Made by a program: the position numbers and the translations under genes
Origin: Anthoceros angustus
Lineage: Eukaryota > Plantae > Anthocerotophyta
DNA: 64,000 bases
NCBI GenBank assembly: GCA_010909165.1
Contig: MU008163.1
Location: 992,001-1,056,000, forward strand
Direction: 5' to 3'
Part shown: in pieces, positions 47,006-60,419 of the stretch
Position numbering within the stretch: the stretch's first letter is position 1
Layout: the number at the start of each line of letters is the position of its first letter
The notes under the pieces: generated by a model
Database searches by the model: none
Seen by the model: only the letters and a program-made list of their open reading frames with translations
Told to the model about the DNA's origin: nothing

Positions 47006-49609
47006 TCATGAGCTGTAGCACACACCGTCCTTTGAGGACGTGGGATTATCGGCTACGAAGCTGTGCACACTTCCGTTCATGTCTGCCCACAAACTCTGGC
47101 CTGCCTCCTTGCGTGCCCCTATTCCTGTTCTCCTCCCCTGCATCTTCTGTGCCTCCTCCCACATCTGGGCACCAGTGTATATGCCCGACATCAGGACGTA
47201 TGCTGCCGTATCTTTCTCATCCAGCCTCACTGCTTCATTGAAAGCGTGGAGTCCCACCTCCACGTTGCTCCACAGTCGGCAAGCACCCAACAGAGTGTGC
47301 CACACTGCAGCATCAGGCGGTACAGGCATCGTCCTCAACACGGCTAGTGCCTCGTTGAGGAGGCCTGCACGACCCAGGAGGTCCACCATGCATGTGTAGT
47401 GCTCCATCGTGGGGACGAGGCAGTACTGCCTGCCCATAGCCTCGAAGTGCTTTCTTCCCTTGCTCACTAGACCAGCATGGTTGCACACTGTAAGTATACT
47501 AAGGAATGTAATGCCGTTCGGCTGTATGCCATGTTCTCGCATTTTGTGAAACAAGTTGAAGACCGCTTCGCTGTCTCCTAGACGAGTGTATCCTGCAATC
47601 AGTGTGTTCCAGGTGACGATGTCTTTTTCCGGCATTGCATCGAAAACGTGATGGGCGTCGTTCATGCTCCCACACTTTCCGTACATGTTTATCAAACCTA
47701 AGGCTACGGAGGCTTTAGCCTGAAGCCCTTGTTTGGAAATCTCGACATGAAGCTGCCTTCCCTGATGCAAGGCAGCCACACTTGCACATGCCTGCAGGAG
47801 GCACACAAATGTCACGGAATCTGGCACAGCTATACCTTCTTGTTGCATACCATGGTAGAGATGAAGAGCTGCCTGACCCATCCCCTGCTGCGAGTACCCT
47901 GCTATCAGAGCAGTCCATGTCACCACATTCTTGTGATGAAGTCTGTCAAACGCCCTCTGAGCATCCTGTAAGCTGCCGCATTTTGCATACATGTTTACCA
48001 GGCTGGAACCTACAACCATATCAGCCTCAAGTCCCCGTTCTCCAATCTGTGAATGAAGCTGCTTCCCCTTCTCCAGAGCCGGAGGACCCGAACTCGCACA
48101 TGCCTGCAGGAGGCACGCAAACGTCACACAATTGCCTGCAGTGATGCCTTCCTTCTGCATAGCGCTGTAAAGACGCAAGGCTTCCTCTCCCCTGCCCTGC
48201 TGGGAATACCCTGCTATCATGGTATTCCATGCCACCATATCCTTCTTACCAAGCCCGTCAAACATTCTTTGAGCTTTTTCGAGGCTGCCACACTTCGCGT
48301 ACATGTTTACCAAACTGTTGGCTACGACCACATCAATCTGAAACCCCTGTTCTCCAATCTGCGCATGAAGCTGCTTCCCCATCTCCAAAGCCGATGCACC
48401 CACAGCTGCAGATGCCTGCAGGAGGCAAACAAATGTGACATAACTGGATGGCACGATGCCTTCTTCTTGCATAGCACTGTAAAGATGAAGGGCTTCTTGA
48501 CCCATGCCCTGCTGGGCATATCCTGCAATCAATGTGGTCCAAGTGACTACATTCTTCTGAGTGAGGCCGTCGAAGACATGCTGAGCATCCTCTAGGCTGC
48601 CACACTTTGCATACATGTTTACCAAACTGTTGGTTATACCCATGTCAATTTGAAGTCCCCGCTCTCTGATCTGCGCATGAAGCTGCTTTCCCCTCTCTAA
48701 AGCCCGGCTACCCAGACTTGTACATGCCTGCAGCAGGCACATAAACGTCACCGAAGTAGGGGCAGTGATGCCTTCTTGTTGCATGGCAGCATAAAGATGA
48801 AAGGCCTCGTGAACTCTGCCGTGCTGGGAATATCCTGCTAACATGGCATTCCAAGTCACCACATCCTTGCGAGGAAGCCCTTCAAACAATCTCCTCGCAT
48901 CTTCCAAGCCACCACACTTTGCATACATGTCAACCAAGCAGTTGTTAACGAATACATCAGGCTCAGCCGCACAGGCTAGGACATCAGCATGCACCTGCTG
49001 CCCAGTTTTCAAGTCTGCCTCCTTTGCACACGCCTGTAGGGCTGCCACAAACACATGCCCATCCGGCTTCACACTCGACCTGCACATCTGATGATAAAGT
49101 GCTATAGCCTGCTTAGCTTGTCCATGCTTAACGTGGGCAGAAATTATGGCAGACCACATGAAGGCAGTTGGCTCGCCAGCCACGGTGAACACATCCATCG
49201 CTTCCTGCAACATGCCATGAGATGCATACATTCGCAGGATGTGGTTGCACAAGAACGTGTCCGATTCATACCCCTTTTGCACCGTAAATGCATGGACGCG
49301 GCGACCCAGAACAAGATCCCTCTTCACTGCACAACCCTTGAGGACGGTATAAAATAGGGATTTGGAAACAGAGCAGTCTGTCTGCACCAGAGCTCCTAAA
49401 GCCTGAACAGCCTCGTCGAGATGGCCCTCGTGACATAGCTTGGTCACAGTTTCAGCCATCACCTCCTGGCTGGAAGATCCGTGTCCAGCAAGGCTCAGGC
49501 TCGCCAAGGTGCTCCATCTGGCAGCTCCCTTGTTTGCCAATGGTGGCTTCCTCGAAGTCGGGGAACCCAGAGCTCGTCCAAGAATACCTGTTAACCTCCT
49601 GACCGCCAT
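47006..49609 (-). CDS. Intact PLS-class PPR protein (867 aa): 20 P/L/S motifs plus E1/E2, no DYW; probable organellar RNA-editing specificity factor with N-terminal transit peptide
   Basis: Single uninterrupted ORF with repeated DVVTWNAMLAGY / VTF.CLLQAC / NSLVNMYAKCGSLEDA triplets, then P2-L2-S2 (EHYTCMVDLLGRAG), E1 (VWHTLLGACR) and E2; no HxE...CxxC. Confidence 0.97.
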   Translation of the reverse strand: MAVRRLTGILGRALGSPTSRKPPLANKGAARWSTLASLSLAGHGSSSQEVMAETVTKLCHEGHLDEAVQALGALVQTDCSVSKSLFYTVLKGCAVKRDLVLGRRVHAFTVQKGYESDTFLCNHILRMYASHGMLQEAMDVFTVAGEPTAFMWSAIISAHVKHGQAKQAIALYHQMCRSSVKPDGHVFVAALQACAKEADLKTGQQVHADVLACAAEPDVFVNNCLVDMYAKCGGLEDARRLFEGLPRKDVVTWNAMLAGYSQHGRVHEAFHLYAAMQQEGITAPTSVTFMCLLQACTSLGSRALERGKQLHAQIRERGLQIDMGITNSLVNMYAKCGSLEDAQHVFDGLTQKNVVTWTTLIAGYAQQGMGQEALHLYSAMQEEGIVPSSYVTFVCLLQASAAVGASALEMGKQLHAQIGEQGFQIDVVVANSLVNMYAKCGSLEKAQRMFDGLGKKDMVAWNTMIAGYSQQGRGEEALRLYSAMQKEGITAGNCVTFACLLQACASSGPPALEKGKQLHSQIGERGLEADMVVGSSLVNMYAKCGSLQDAQRAFDRLHHKNVVTWTALIAGYSQQGMGQAALHLYHGMQQEGIAVPDSVTFVCLLQACASVAALHQGRQLHVEISKQGLQAKASVALGLINMYGKCGSMNDAHHVFDAMPEKDIVTWNTLIAGYTRLGDSEAVFNLFHKMREHGIQPNGITFLSILTVCNHAGLVSKGRKHFEAMGRQYCLVPTMEHYTCMVDLLGRAGLLNEALAVLRTMPVPPDAAVWHTLLGACRLWSNVEVGLHAFNEAVRLDEKDTAAYVLMSGIYTGAQMWEEAQKMQGRRTGIGARKEAGQSLWADMNGSVHSFVADNPTSSKDGVCYSS

Positions 49610-50028
49610 CGCTGACAGCAGGAAGCCCAGAACCTATGCATGGATGCAAGGCACCTCGAGCATCACACGCGATTGACAGCACCATGACGTGATGCCGTTC
49701 GTACGTTCAGCAAGATGGCATTTTTTTCCAGATGCGGTGTGTACGCTCGCTGCTCAAACATGTGTGTTGGGATTGCAGAAGCACGGATGCTTGCCCATGG
49801 TTGTGGAGTCTTTCAACAGCCACTGGAATCATGGGCAAAGTAGGTGTAGCATTTCAGTTTTTCCTTAAAAAGTTCATAAGTCTCTCCTTCTACACAACAG
49901 CGAATTGGTTGCAACAACTATCGAGCAATATTTACTTGGTAAGTTAAAACGCACAGATCTCTGGCTTTAACTGTATCTGGAAGCGTTCTGCTGAAACCTA
50001 CAGCTCTGGATAAGTTAGAGCCATAGAG

Positions 50029-51911
50029 CTACGACGACTTTGAAACCTTGCCTGCCGAGCTTCTATCCGCATGGATCATGCTTTCGATGTAAAACTCCCC
50101 AGCTCGGTATGAAGACCGCACCTGCCGTGAAACATCACTTCAAGCTCAGAAGAAGACTTCCAATGCCACAAGTCAAAGGCAAACACCTCAAAGGTTACTC
50201 AGCTATCACCCATTAAAAAAAAACGAATGTGTTTGAAGCCTTACGAGGGGTCCACTCGCTACATATCTGAAGCCAATGGATTCACCATATTCTCTCCAAG
50301 CATCAAACTTCTCTGGCGTGACATATTCCTTAACTGTCAAATGAAGCGGGGTCGGCTGTGCAATAGAGAGGAGCTGTACGTCAGTCCTCGATTTTGGTTT
50401 AGGGAGCCCAGCAGCAAGATAATTTCACTGGCTGAAATGCCAGCTTTCGACATACCTGTAGGTACTGGCCAAGGGTAAGAATGTCCACTCCGACTTGTCG
50501 AAGATCGTGCATTGTCTGCTTGACTTCATCATCGGTTTCACCAAGTCCTAGCATGATGGATGACTTTGTCACCATACCTTCCTTTGCTTGCTTTGCATGC
50601 TTTAACACAGACAAGCTCTGATCATATCTGCAAACAGAGAGCAACTGATGCGTCAGCCTGCTATTCAGAAGTTTTCCATTTCCTGCGTCACGTCCATGAT
50701 TCTCTCAATGCTCACAACGTACCCTGCACGTGGGTCTCGCACAATCCGTTGCAGCCGATTGACTGTCTCAATGTTGTGAGCAAAGACATCCAGACCGGAG
50801 GTTGCAACTATGTCCACTGCATCCAAATCCCCTCTGAAATCAGATACCAAACACTCCACCAATATGTCCGGCTTGAGTTCCTGCCATTCAGCCTTGGACT
50901 CAGCATGTTTTCAGAGAACCCGTTGCCAAACAAAAACCATAACCAAGCAAAGTGAAACTGCAGAAAACAGAACGGAAAAAGTCCAAGGGTGTACTTAGCA
51001 TACACCCAACTATACACGTATGACACCTTAAGTGATTTGACTGTCCGGGCAAAGTGATTGCTGCCACCATCGGGCATGTCATCTCGGTCTACGCTTGTTA
51101 GAACGATATAACCCACACTGCCACGAGAAAAACAAAACAGACCACCAACATAAACTTCAGGCCAATTCACAACGACTCGCACCGTTCCAAACCTTCACGT
51201 GCTTTGAAGCACTTCACAAACAGGCTGAAAAATGTTACCCCCAGCTTGCAATCGCTGCAGCCGTATTCTCGGGCTCCACAGGATCCGGAGGAGCAGGATT
51301 TTTGCTCGTAGCAACGGCACAGAACCGGCAACCACGAGTGCATGTATCTCCAAGCAGCATTATGGTGGCCGTCCCTATCCCATCTCCTTCTCCTCCAGCT
51401 CCGCCCCCTCCATTCCAGCACTGACGCAAACCACAGCAAACAATAAAAACATCAGCCACGAATTTCAATATCAAACTCCAAAATAGAGGAAAAAACAAGA
51501 GCACAAGTCCCGACTAACCTCACCGATGTTGGGACACTGTGCTTCCTCACAAACGGTGTTCAATTTGAGTCCGGAAAGCGATTCCTTGAGCTCAGTATAC
51601 CTTTCTCCCTGAGGCGCTCTCTGCCTGAGCCAGCCAGGCTTCTTCACAGTCGGATCTCGGCCAGTGTAAGGCCCCAGCCCTCCCGGATATGCATTCCCCG
51701 CCTTCACGCTGGACTGGAACAAGGAGGAGGGACTGGAGTCGGAAGAAGATGGTGCGGAGGAGGTCGAGGGTTTGGATGTGTCTACACCTTCAGCACGCAC
51801 TCGCAGCACATACTCTGCGGCTCTTGGGCTTGTATGCGAGGCGACCAGGAGCTGTGACTGCTGCAAAGACAAGGCCGAGGCAGAAGACAAAGCTAGTGCA
51901 GCTGCTGCCAT
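50029..51911 (-). CDS. LIP1P: Lipoyl synthase, plastid type; 7 exons (51911-51519, 51420-51239, 51117-51027, 50880-50723, 50627-50456, 50355-50245, 50121-50029)
   Basis: [13 protein letters not shown] and CTRGCRFC cluster motifs, [24 protein letters not shown]; GT-AG junctions stay in frame; Ser/Ala-rich transit peptide and [16 protein letters not shown] typical of the plastid form. Confidence 0.96.
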
Positions 51912-52410
51912 GGCTGCTTGTGTGCCGGACCTGCAACACTCATGCAATCCACTCGAGGCCTAAAGCTTCAACGAAAACCATCCAAGAATTCAGCTTGAAG
52001 AGCAGATCCATCCATCGATCGCTAGGAAGAATTCGGAGGATGTCCCCTCGGAACTGTTTGTGCAGCATCGGCCTTGTCGCCTGGGCGATGTCCGCTAAGC
52101 TGTCATTTCGGAGCTTTTATTGATTCGGTTTCACACGGGCAATAAGTCTCGCTGAATACAGAAAGAAGTCTCGAGCCTCTAGGTCTCATTTCAGGAAAGT
52201 CTATATATGTTATCTTAGGCTCTCATTTCAGGAAAGGAAAGTCTATATATGTTATCTACGAACCCTAAGATGGCCAGCCCCTCCCTCGTGCTCTACGTAT
52301 TCTTCCTTGCCCGAGCGTGAAGGCTCATTAGCGAAAACCCTCGGCTCCGCCTTCGGCTGCGCAGTTCCCCAGCAGCGGCGCGGCGCAGTGGTCCGAATAG
52401 ACTTGCCACC
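51912..52410. promoter_or_regulatory. Head-to-head intergenic promoter (LIP1P / RPS13) with telo-box-like motif and ~40-bp duplication
   Basis: 499 bp between start codons; gaaccctaa at ~52260; (t)ctcatttcaggaaag..tctatatatgttatct occurs twice (52175-52258). Confidence 0.55.
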
Positions 52411-53369
<959 letters not shown>

Positions 53370-53902
53370 AGCGCCTCAACAGCTTTAGCTATCCGGCTCC
53401 ATAAAGTTTGGGGAAGGCATGCCAACTGTGCAGAGGATTTGCACGAATCTGGCCTTAACACCCCCACGGCTGTAAAACAGTTGTAGTGCAGTTTTAGAAG
53501 CCTTAATTGTGGGAATGTAAACGCATCTTTTTGTTGAGTGAGTTTGATTGGCATTTGCGCGTTCTGGCCGCTGGTCTCTCGCTGTGATGCGGTTGGCCCT
53601 GTCGGGGCCTACTTTTCAGTTTCGTTATTTCGCCGGACTGATGTGTGATGAATTGGAAGCACTTCAGCCCATTACGCTGGGGTTCGATGATCGTCCTGAA
53701 TGCCGCGCGCACTTGTCATCACCCAGAAGGACTGACGGAAAATGGACTTGTTGGCCTAGCCTGTGAGACTAAAGCACTAAAGAGGTGTGCCACAAGGTTC
53801 TCTTCCTCGAATTCACTCAATGTCCTAATCCTGTACCTTGACATTCTCTTTCTCAAAATTCTACCGAACGATTTTTCGTTTTGAGAAATGTAAGAGGTAT
53901 AT

Positions 53903-54060
53903 CAAAATGGTTCTCTAATGGCAATAAGAGTTTTGCTTGGTAAGTTTACCATGTACACAAACCATGGAACGAGGTTCTCTTAAAAATGGTTATCTAATAA
54001 CACTAAGAGTTTGCTTGGTAAGTTTATCATGTACACAAGACCATGAAATGGAATTTGAAC
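53903..54060 (+). repeat. ~80-bp tandem duplication
   Basis: aaaatggtt.tctaat...taagagttt(t)gcttggtaagttta.catgtacacaa.accatg occurs twice. Confidence 0.85.
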
Positions 54061-54324
54061 ACATGCTTTTTTGGACCAATACTGGAAACTAAAGACTTAG
54101 ACTAACAACAACAACAACTCTTGATATGTCCGAAAAAGGAAAGATCAATTACCTATCTAAAAAGACCTATGGTAGATAAAATAAATATTCCAAATGGCAA
54201 GTCGTAGCTAGGGGAATTGCCAGATTCAACTTACGTCATCTAGGTCATGAATCATTGTAGCAGCATCATACAACGTCAACAATAACAATTATATTTATGT
54301 CCATACAGGGAGGAAAGAATCGCA

Positions 54325-54480
54325 CTATTTTTCTTCATGAGAAAGCTATGAAGAATATAAATAAAGTTTGAATGAAAAATGTTAAGCACCCAATCTAAAT
54401 GAGGGTAGCCTAACATGTGCTCATTGGAATAGGGCATTTAGCATGAGAGACTCAAGCGGCATGAGCCCTAACCCCTAACC
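54325..54480 (+). repeat. Dispersed repeat, copy 2 (see 745-900)
   Basis: Colinear similarity with 745-900. Confidence 0.7.
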
Positions 54481-55514
54481 CCTAACCCCCTTGAGACATA
54501 TCCTAGGCGCAGGTTTGAAATTCCCAGAAACAACACGATTATATAACCAAAGAGAATAAGCTGCGCAAAGAATCATCCTGAGTGCCGTTAATGTGGCCAC
54601 TAAGCTATTTCTTTAGAAAGTCTGATTAGGATAGGAGATTCCCGATGAAAGCTACTACCCTGAACTCATATTCGCTAAAAAAAAAAATAAAAGTATGAAA
54701 ATTGGAATGACGGTAACTAACCCTCCATCATATTTAACAAGTCGAGTCTTATATGTCAATCATATAGAGCACCAACACATGAACCCTCAACTCAGTCATC
54801 AACTGGATCCGGATGCACGCAGCGCGATTATCCACACCGAGATGCATTGAGCTCAGTATGATTGAAGACCTAGGTAGCTCAAACAGGATGCAACGGACCC
54901 CGCTAGCTTCTGGAAAGAAAAGAGAGTGCCAAGCCTCCATTGATTCAATGCAAAGGAGGAGGAGGAAGAAGAGAATGTGGAAAATTGCAAGCACTTTGAC
55001 GCATTGAATGGTTTCACTTTGCACACATGCTTCACAGCACTTTTAGTTATGCCCACTCCGCAAGTTGGAAAAACACACAAAAAGAACGTGAGCAAAAAGT
55101 TGAAAGGAAGACTCTTTCTTGAAGCAAGAAGCTTTCGTAAAGTACCAACTCCGGACAAGATAAAGAAAAATGTGTGTTAAAGCTTTAATACATAAGCACC
55201 AAATTTATTCCAATATAGATATAATGTTTTTTATCAAAAAAATTCAAAGCTCAATTACTTTAATTTACATCCCCTTGGCACTGAAATGTACATATCTATC
55301 ATGAACCAATTGTTTTACTTCATCAAATTGTAAGTATGTTTTATACCTTCCAACAAAGTGGGAGGTAAGTACCCTAGGAAGTGCTAATTTCTTGAGTACC
55401 TAGTTGTTTTCTTGAATAACTATAATATCTCCAATTGTAGTAATCTAGAACTAAATAAGGAAACTTGAACACAAAGAAAGCGACTCAAGTAAGATCACCA
55501 GATACCAATCTGTT

Positions 55515-56130
55515 TCACTCCCTCGGAGGTTGCGCTCTGGTGAGGGACCCGAAGCTATCCATGGAGTCGTGGTTAGCCGAAGGATCGGCAGATATCTCTA
55601 TGGTAGGGAATGCAATGAGGCTGAACTTTTGACCTGAAGAACAATGGCCTGGGATTCCACAAATAAAGTAGTAAGGTCCGGGCTTGGTAAGAGTAATGGT
55701 AGTCTTTCCACTACTATGTGTTGCAATCGGATTGTTGGTGTTACAACTATTGTACTCCTCTTGTGAGTTTACTTGCATCACGCTGTGAATCTCTCCTACA
55801 TATGTGAATACTGCATACAAATAAGTTGAAATATTTTAATAGCTTGAAGCAACAATATAACACATATCCAAATGTAAGTTGATCAATGTGGGAAAGTTTG
55901 GTGCTTTGTGAGTCGGGAAGATTGGAGTACTTACATAGTGTATCTCCTACATGGTATTTATGACCAGAGGCCCAAGAAGTGTAGTTCACATTAGCAAGAA
56001 TGGGCAAAGTCCAGCCACCCTCGTCACCAACTTGAAATTGTGTTGGTGCTATTGCACCTTGGACAATATTAATTGCCAGCAAGAGGCCTACTCCCATACA
56101 AAGCTGACGAGTCATGTCCATCTTGCGCAT
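55515..56130 (-). CDS. Phytocyanin, stellacyanin type (H-C-H-Q ligands); exons 56130-55935 and 55810-55515
   Basis: Signal peptide; FQVGDEGGW...NYTSWASGHKYHVGDTL|LFTY..HSV...YYFICGIPGHCSSGQK; GT-AG intron. Confidence 0.92.
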
Positions 56131-56930
56131 GAAATGGAGATTATCACTATGGAATAACCTTGTTGAACAAGGGCTTCTAAGCTTGCAGCTAGCCAGGAAG
56201 TTGCAGCCAGGGAAATGAGCTCACATGACTGTTGGAATGAGAGGCGACGTGCCACTTATGCCAAAAGTAAGGCAGCATGGCGGTTAGGGTAGGCTCCTCA
56301 ACCGCCGCTCACAACTGCCACTTCATGGTGTGAGGACAGTCACCAAACGCTGTTACTAACCCTAGGTTATAGAGCGCCGGAGGGCAGATAGGTCGCCAGC
56401 AAGACGAGGCCGGCAGATGGGGATCCGTTAAGAAACTCGCGCACGCAAAACAGAGCAACAGAGCCTAACCTCAGATAGGATGCATTTTGAAACGGTATTT
56501 AACAGCCAATCGTAAAACCGGAGCTCGCTAGAAATCTTGTCTATATACATAGTTAAACAAAACCTACAGTAAAAACATTTTCAGTCAGTTCAAATCTACT
56601 TCAGTTCATATGGGTCTATAACTTACGCTGGGTACCGCCAGTCCCGAGAAGAAGACAAGTCCCCGGAATCACTCCCGAAAAATTGAATCCACCTCACTCG
56701 GAGGCATCCTCGCGGTGGAATGCCTCGGCGTAACAAGACATCACACAACAAACGGGCTTCCTGTATACCTACAAGCCACAACTAAGAACTGTACAAGCCC
56801 TACCTACAGAAATAATTCAAATGTGCGCTTAACGGAGATGTTAAGCGCTAATGAATGTGTTGTCTACTTGCTAAAATACAATTCTAATTCACGGCTGCAA
56901 GATTTTAGATGACTTTTACAGTGCTTGAGG

Positions 56931-58852
56931 CTAGGCCAGCAGAGGGGTCCGCTCATCTGGCACCGAGCCTATTTTCTTTGCATAGTACTGGGCCTGCAGA
57001 AAGATATTGATCAGAGGTGGAAAAGTGGAAACAGGCTTTATCAGAGGCATCAGCAGCTGCCATTTGGAGAAGGAACAAGTGCGTTACCTGTAGAAAAATG
57101 GTGATGTCCAAGGATACAGTCCCCAGGCTGCCCAAAATCCAAGGCGCTTTGCCTGCCAGATCATCCCTGCAAGAGGACCAGCATGACCAGATGAATAAAA
57201 TTGTCAAGCAAACAATCCTTCCAGTAAGTGAATCCAATTTGCGAGGAAAAAAAAGGGTGCTTCAGTACTAACCATCCATCCGCTCGCATGAGAATTGCAG
57301 TTCCGTAACACACATTGGCCATCATTGCACAGCAAACCATGCCCATGGACAGACCCTCTGCAGAACGTCTCTGACGATTCTTCACTAGTTGGGCTACCCG
57401 GGATCCCAAATACAAAGCGGAAGATGCCCACCTATAAATATATGGAAAAGGCTCAGTTAGCATATAGTCCTGCTCTCTCTAGACTGCCAAGTGTCAACAA
57501 AAAAACAAAACTCTGGGACTGTGCTGCGCACCCCATTCCAATGCCAAGCCGATGCGTCCACACTGTAGCGGTGCTGTAGCCACAGATGGCGAGCAGTTTC
57601 CTCCCCACAGAAAGCCCAGCTGACATGCTTGTGGAACTAGATGTACCCAAAAGAAATCTTCTAGGCAGCCTGTTCAGACCAGTGCTTCCCTCGGCTCGAA
57701 GGGATCTTGATGAGCCAACAAGAAATATACCGGCTAAACATGCCAGTGCCTTCACAACTGGTGGTTTGGCCACCTGTGCAGGTCCATTGTACAAGAAAGG
57801 AGAGGGACTGCTCAGTTGCCCTTGCAGCCGTTGAAGTTGCTCAACGCTGAGCCGGGATGACTTTGGTGGTCCATAGTCTAAACCATACAGAGATATCACT
57901 CTGCGAACCTGCCTTTTCAGGTCCATCACTTTCTCATCCTGGTTGATCAAATCAATACGCTGCACCGGCAAAGCTGGGTGTTGCAAAACAGTCTGCACTG
58001 CAACTCGAGAGCGTGTGACCGTCGTTGCCCCTTCAGCATCCTCTGTCGCAGTTTGGTCTGCAGCCAAACACTAATGACCATGAGTACCGAAACCCAAAGA
58101 TCTGCAGAACTTCTGAAGAGTTCAGGAGTACATGGAACATGCAACAGAGGTGCATAACCACCTGCAGGCAGAGCTGCTCTTCTCAACAAGTCCTCCAGTT
58201 TTGCTGCAGGTTCGTCAACTACCACTTCAAGGTATCCACGGCTTGGCTTGTGCACTGATTCATCCAGGACGTTCATCCTGTCTCCATTTTGGAACTGATA
58301 ATATACGTACTGCCATGCCAGAGAAAACGAAGACTGTCAGCAACGCTGACGACAGCAAACTTGTACGCAACTATGCAACTTGTAAATCCCGAAGAAGGAG
58401 AGCAGCATTTACCTGGGAAATAATGAGAGCATCCGCAAAGACAAAATACATTGCCGTGAGAGTCTCCGTAACCAGCTGATCGCCAGTGAGAAAACATCCC
58501 AACAAATTGAATGTGTCACCCTACAAGAAAACAAACGGCAACTGAACTCAGAACAGAATCCTTCACTCAATCCCTTCTCCCGACCACCGAAGCCATCGCA
58601 AAATCTCACAGCCGCTCCTACCCCAAGCCATTGGAAGAGAAACCAAGGAGAGAGCGCTTCCGCACTCTGATTGATGAAATTGGTGATAAACTGGGGCAGC
58701 TGCGCCACCACCCAGAAAGCCATGGACGACAAGCCAATGATGAACGCCGCCATCTCCCATTGTGTGTATATACAGTCGCCAAACGTGTATCTGATCCATA
58801 GGTTCGCGTGGGGGCCGCACTCACAAGGCTCTTGCAACAAGCCTCGCAACAT
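56931..58852 (-). CDS. PQ-loop repeat membrane protein (PQLC2/YPQ-like vacuolar amino-acid transporter), multi-exon
   Basis: WIRYTFGDC...FWVVAQLPQFITNF.NQSAEALS...GDTFNLLGC; second repeat LYLGSRVAQLVKN...EGLS...AN.CYG; PWILGSLGTVSLDI.IFLQ; C-terminal ERTPLL dileucine signal. Confidence 0.9.
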
Positions 58853-60419
58853 GGCCGAATTGGGGGGATTTGCGGCCGAGAGGCTGGTGCTGTAAGCCCC
58901 GACCCCTCCGAATCGGATCGTGCTCACTCAATTCCTCCCAAGTCTCACTCACGCGGTTGCACTCCACATGCCATATCTACACCCCTTCCAAATACCTCCT
59001 ACCCACAACCAGCTCCCCCAACCTAAAACACCTCGTCCCGCCCAAAACAGGAAGCTGACGGAAATCGCTACGCCGTGACTACAACATTCAATTCCACGAC
59101 AAAATGAGCAGCAGCAAAATTCCAGCTACTGCCACCGGCCCCCGAACTCCACACATCCAACAACCCGTTCTCGGGACAACGCTAGCGCCGGCAAGACCGG
59201 GGCCGACCAAAAGAAAGATACACACACTAACAGGAGGCGGATCGGAGAACATACGCTCCCAGCCTTTGATCAGACCGCAATGAGGCGACGCCGAGGCAGC
59301 GTCACCTCCAAGGGAACCAGTGCCGTGCACGGCGGAATCACAGGTCCGCCAGATCGGACCACCGGCGCCAGAGCACCGCCGGGGACACGATCAGCGGAAC
59401 TAGCTCCAGCCAGAGGGGGCCCGCACATACGAGCGCTGAAGGAAGCGAGCCAGCCCTGTCTCTCACCCGCGGCTCCAACCCGAGGTTGGCAGAACCCCGC
59501 ACGTTGCGCCGCTCGCTTCCGCGCCCGGTCGCACCCTGGTCAGCCCATTGGTCCAAACGGAGCGCTCACGGCGCCTTGGAGTCTGGTGATGTGACGTGGG
59601 CCCGATCGCAAACCACGCGGCTTCCCCGGGTTGCAGGAGCCACCCACCGACCTAGGGCTTCCGCGACGGAAACCTCCCCTGGCTGCCCATGTCAAGGCAA
59701 AACGGAGAAGCGCGTCCCCGACTCCCCGGCAGTCCAATCCGCGGGACCAGGGGCGCCGCTTCTTCCTTGCCTTTCTGCCACCCGCGTGCTGCCGCACGTA
59801 ATCCCGTATTTAGGCTCCTTCAGTCGCGGATGAGCTTGCTCCTTGACGGCAATTATGACACATGGATACATAGAATAGGAGAACTGCCTTGAGAACACCC
59901 GGTCCCTCCTTTGACGGAGAGTTATAAGATAGGTCATGCTCATCGCTGAATTTCGGATTCCGAGCTCGCATTTATTAAAATGGCATCGCACCCACAACCT
60001 CCGCAATATGGGATACCATGAGCATAAGATGCGGAATGCTGAGCGACATTCCCTTCTGACAAGTAAACAGAGCTCACTCGCTGCCCATTCCATCAATCAT
60101 GAGGCGGTGTGAGAATCATCGAGATACTATTCGCTAAAGAAACATGAATCAGCGAGGTGAAGCAACCGGATCAGATCTTTGAAAAAATGCATGGGCTACA
60201 GCCAACGAATACCAATGAGCAATAAATGGAGTCAAGGCCTGGAGTGAAAGTGCTTTACCTGAAAGATAGGTTGCGTCTCAAAAGTCGAGACACCGATAAG
60301 AGCCTGGGATGCGTGAGGTGCCCTCCAGGCCAATAATGCACCCCGCGTTCCTTTTAGATGTAGACATGGAGGTGACGGAAAGTTGAACACAATGATGGAT
60401 AACGAGCGAAGAAGGAATG

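Noticed and set aside
54466-54490. Interstitial telomere-like (CCCCTAA)n
   Set aside because: Only ~3 units, not the plant TTTAGGG unit, and it extends the ccctaa end of a dispersed repeat.
59692-60096. 134-aa ORF between the PQ-loop gene and COMMD9
   Set aside because: No recognisable motif or splice support; probably 3' UTR or intergenic.
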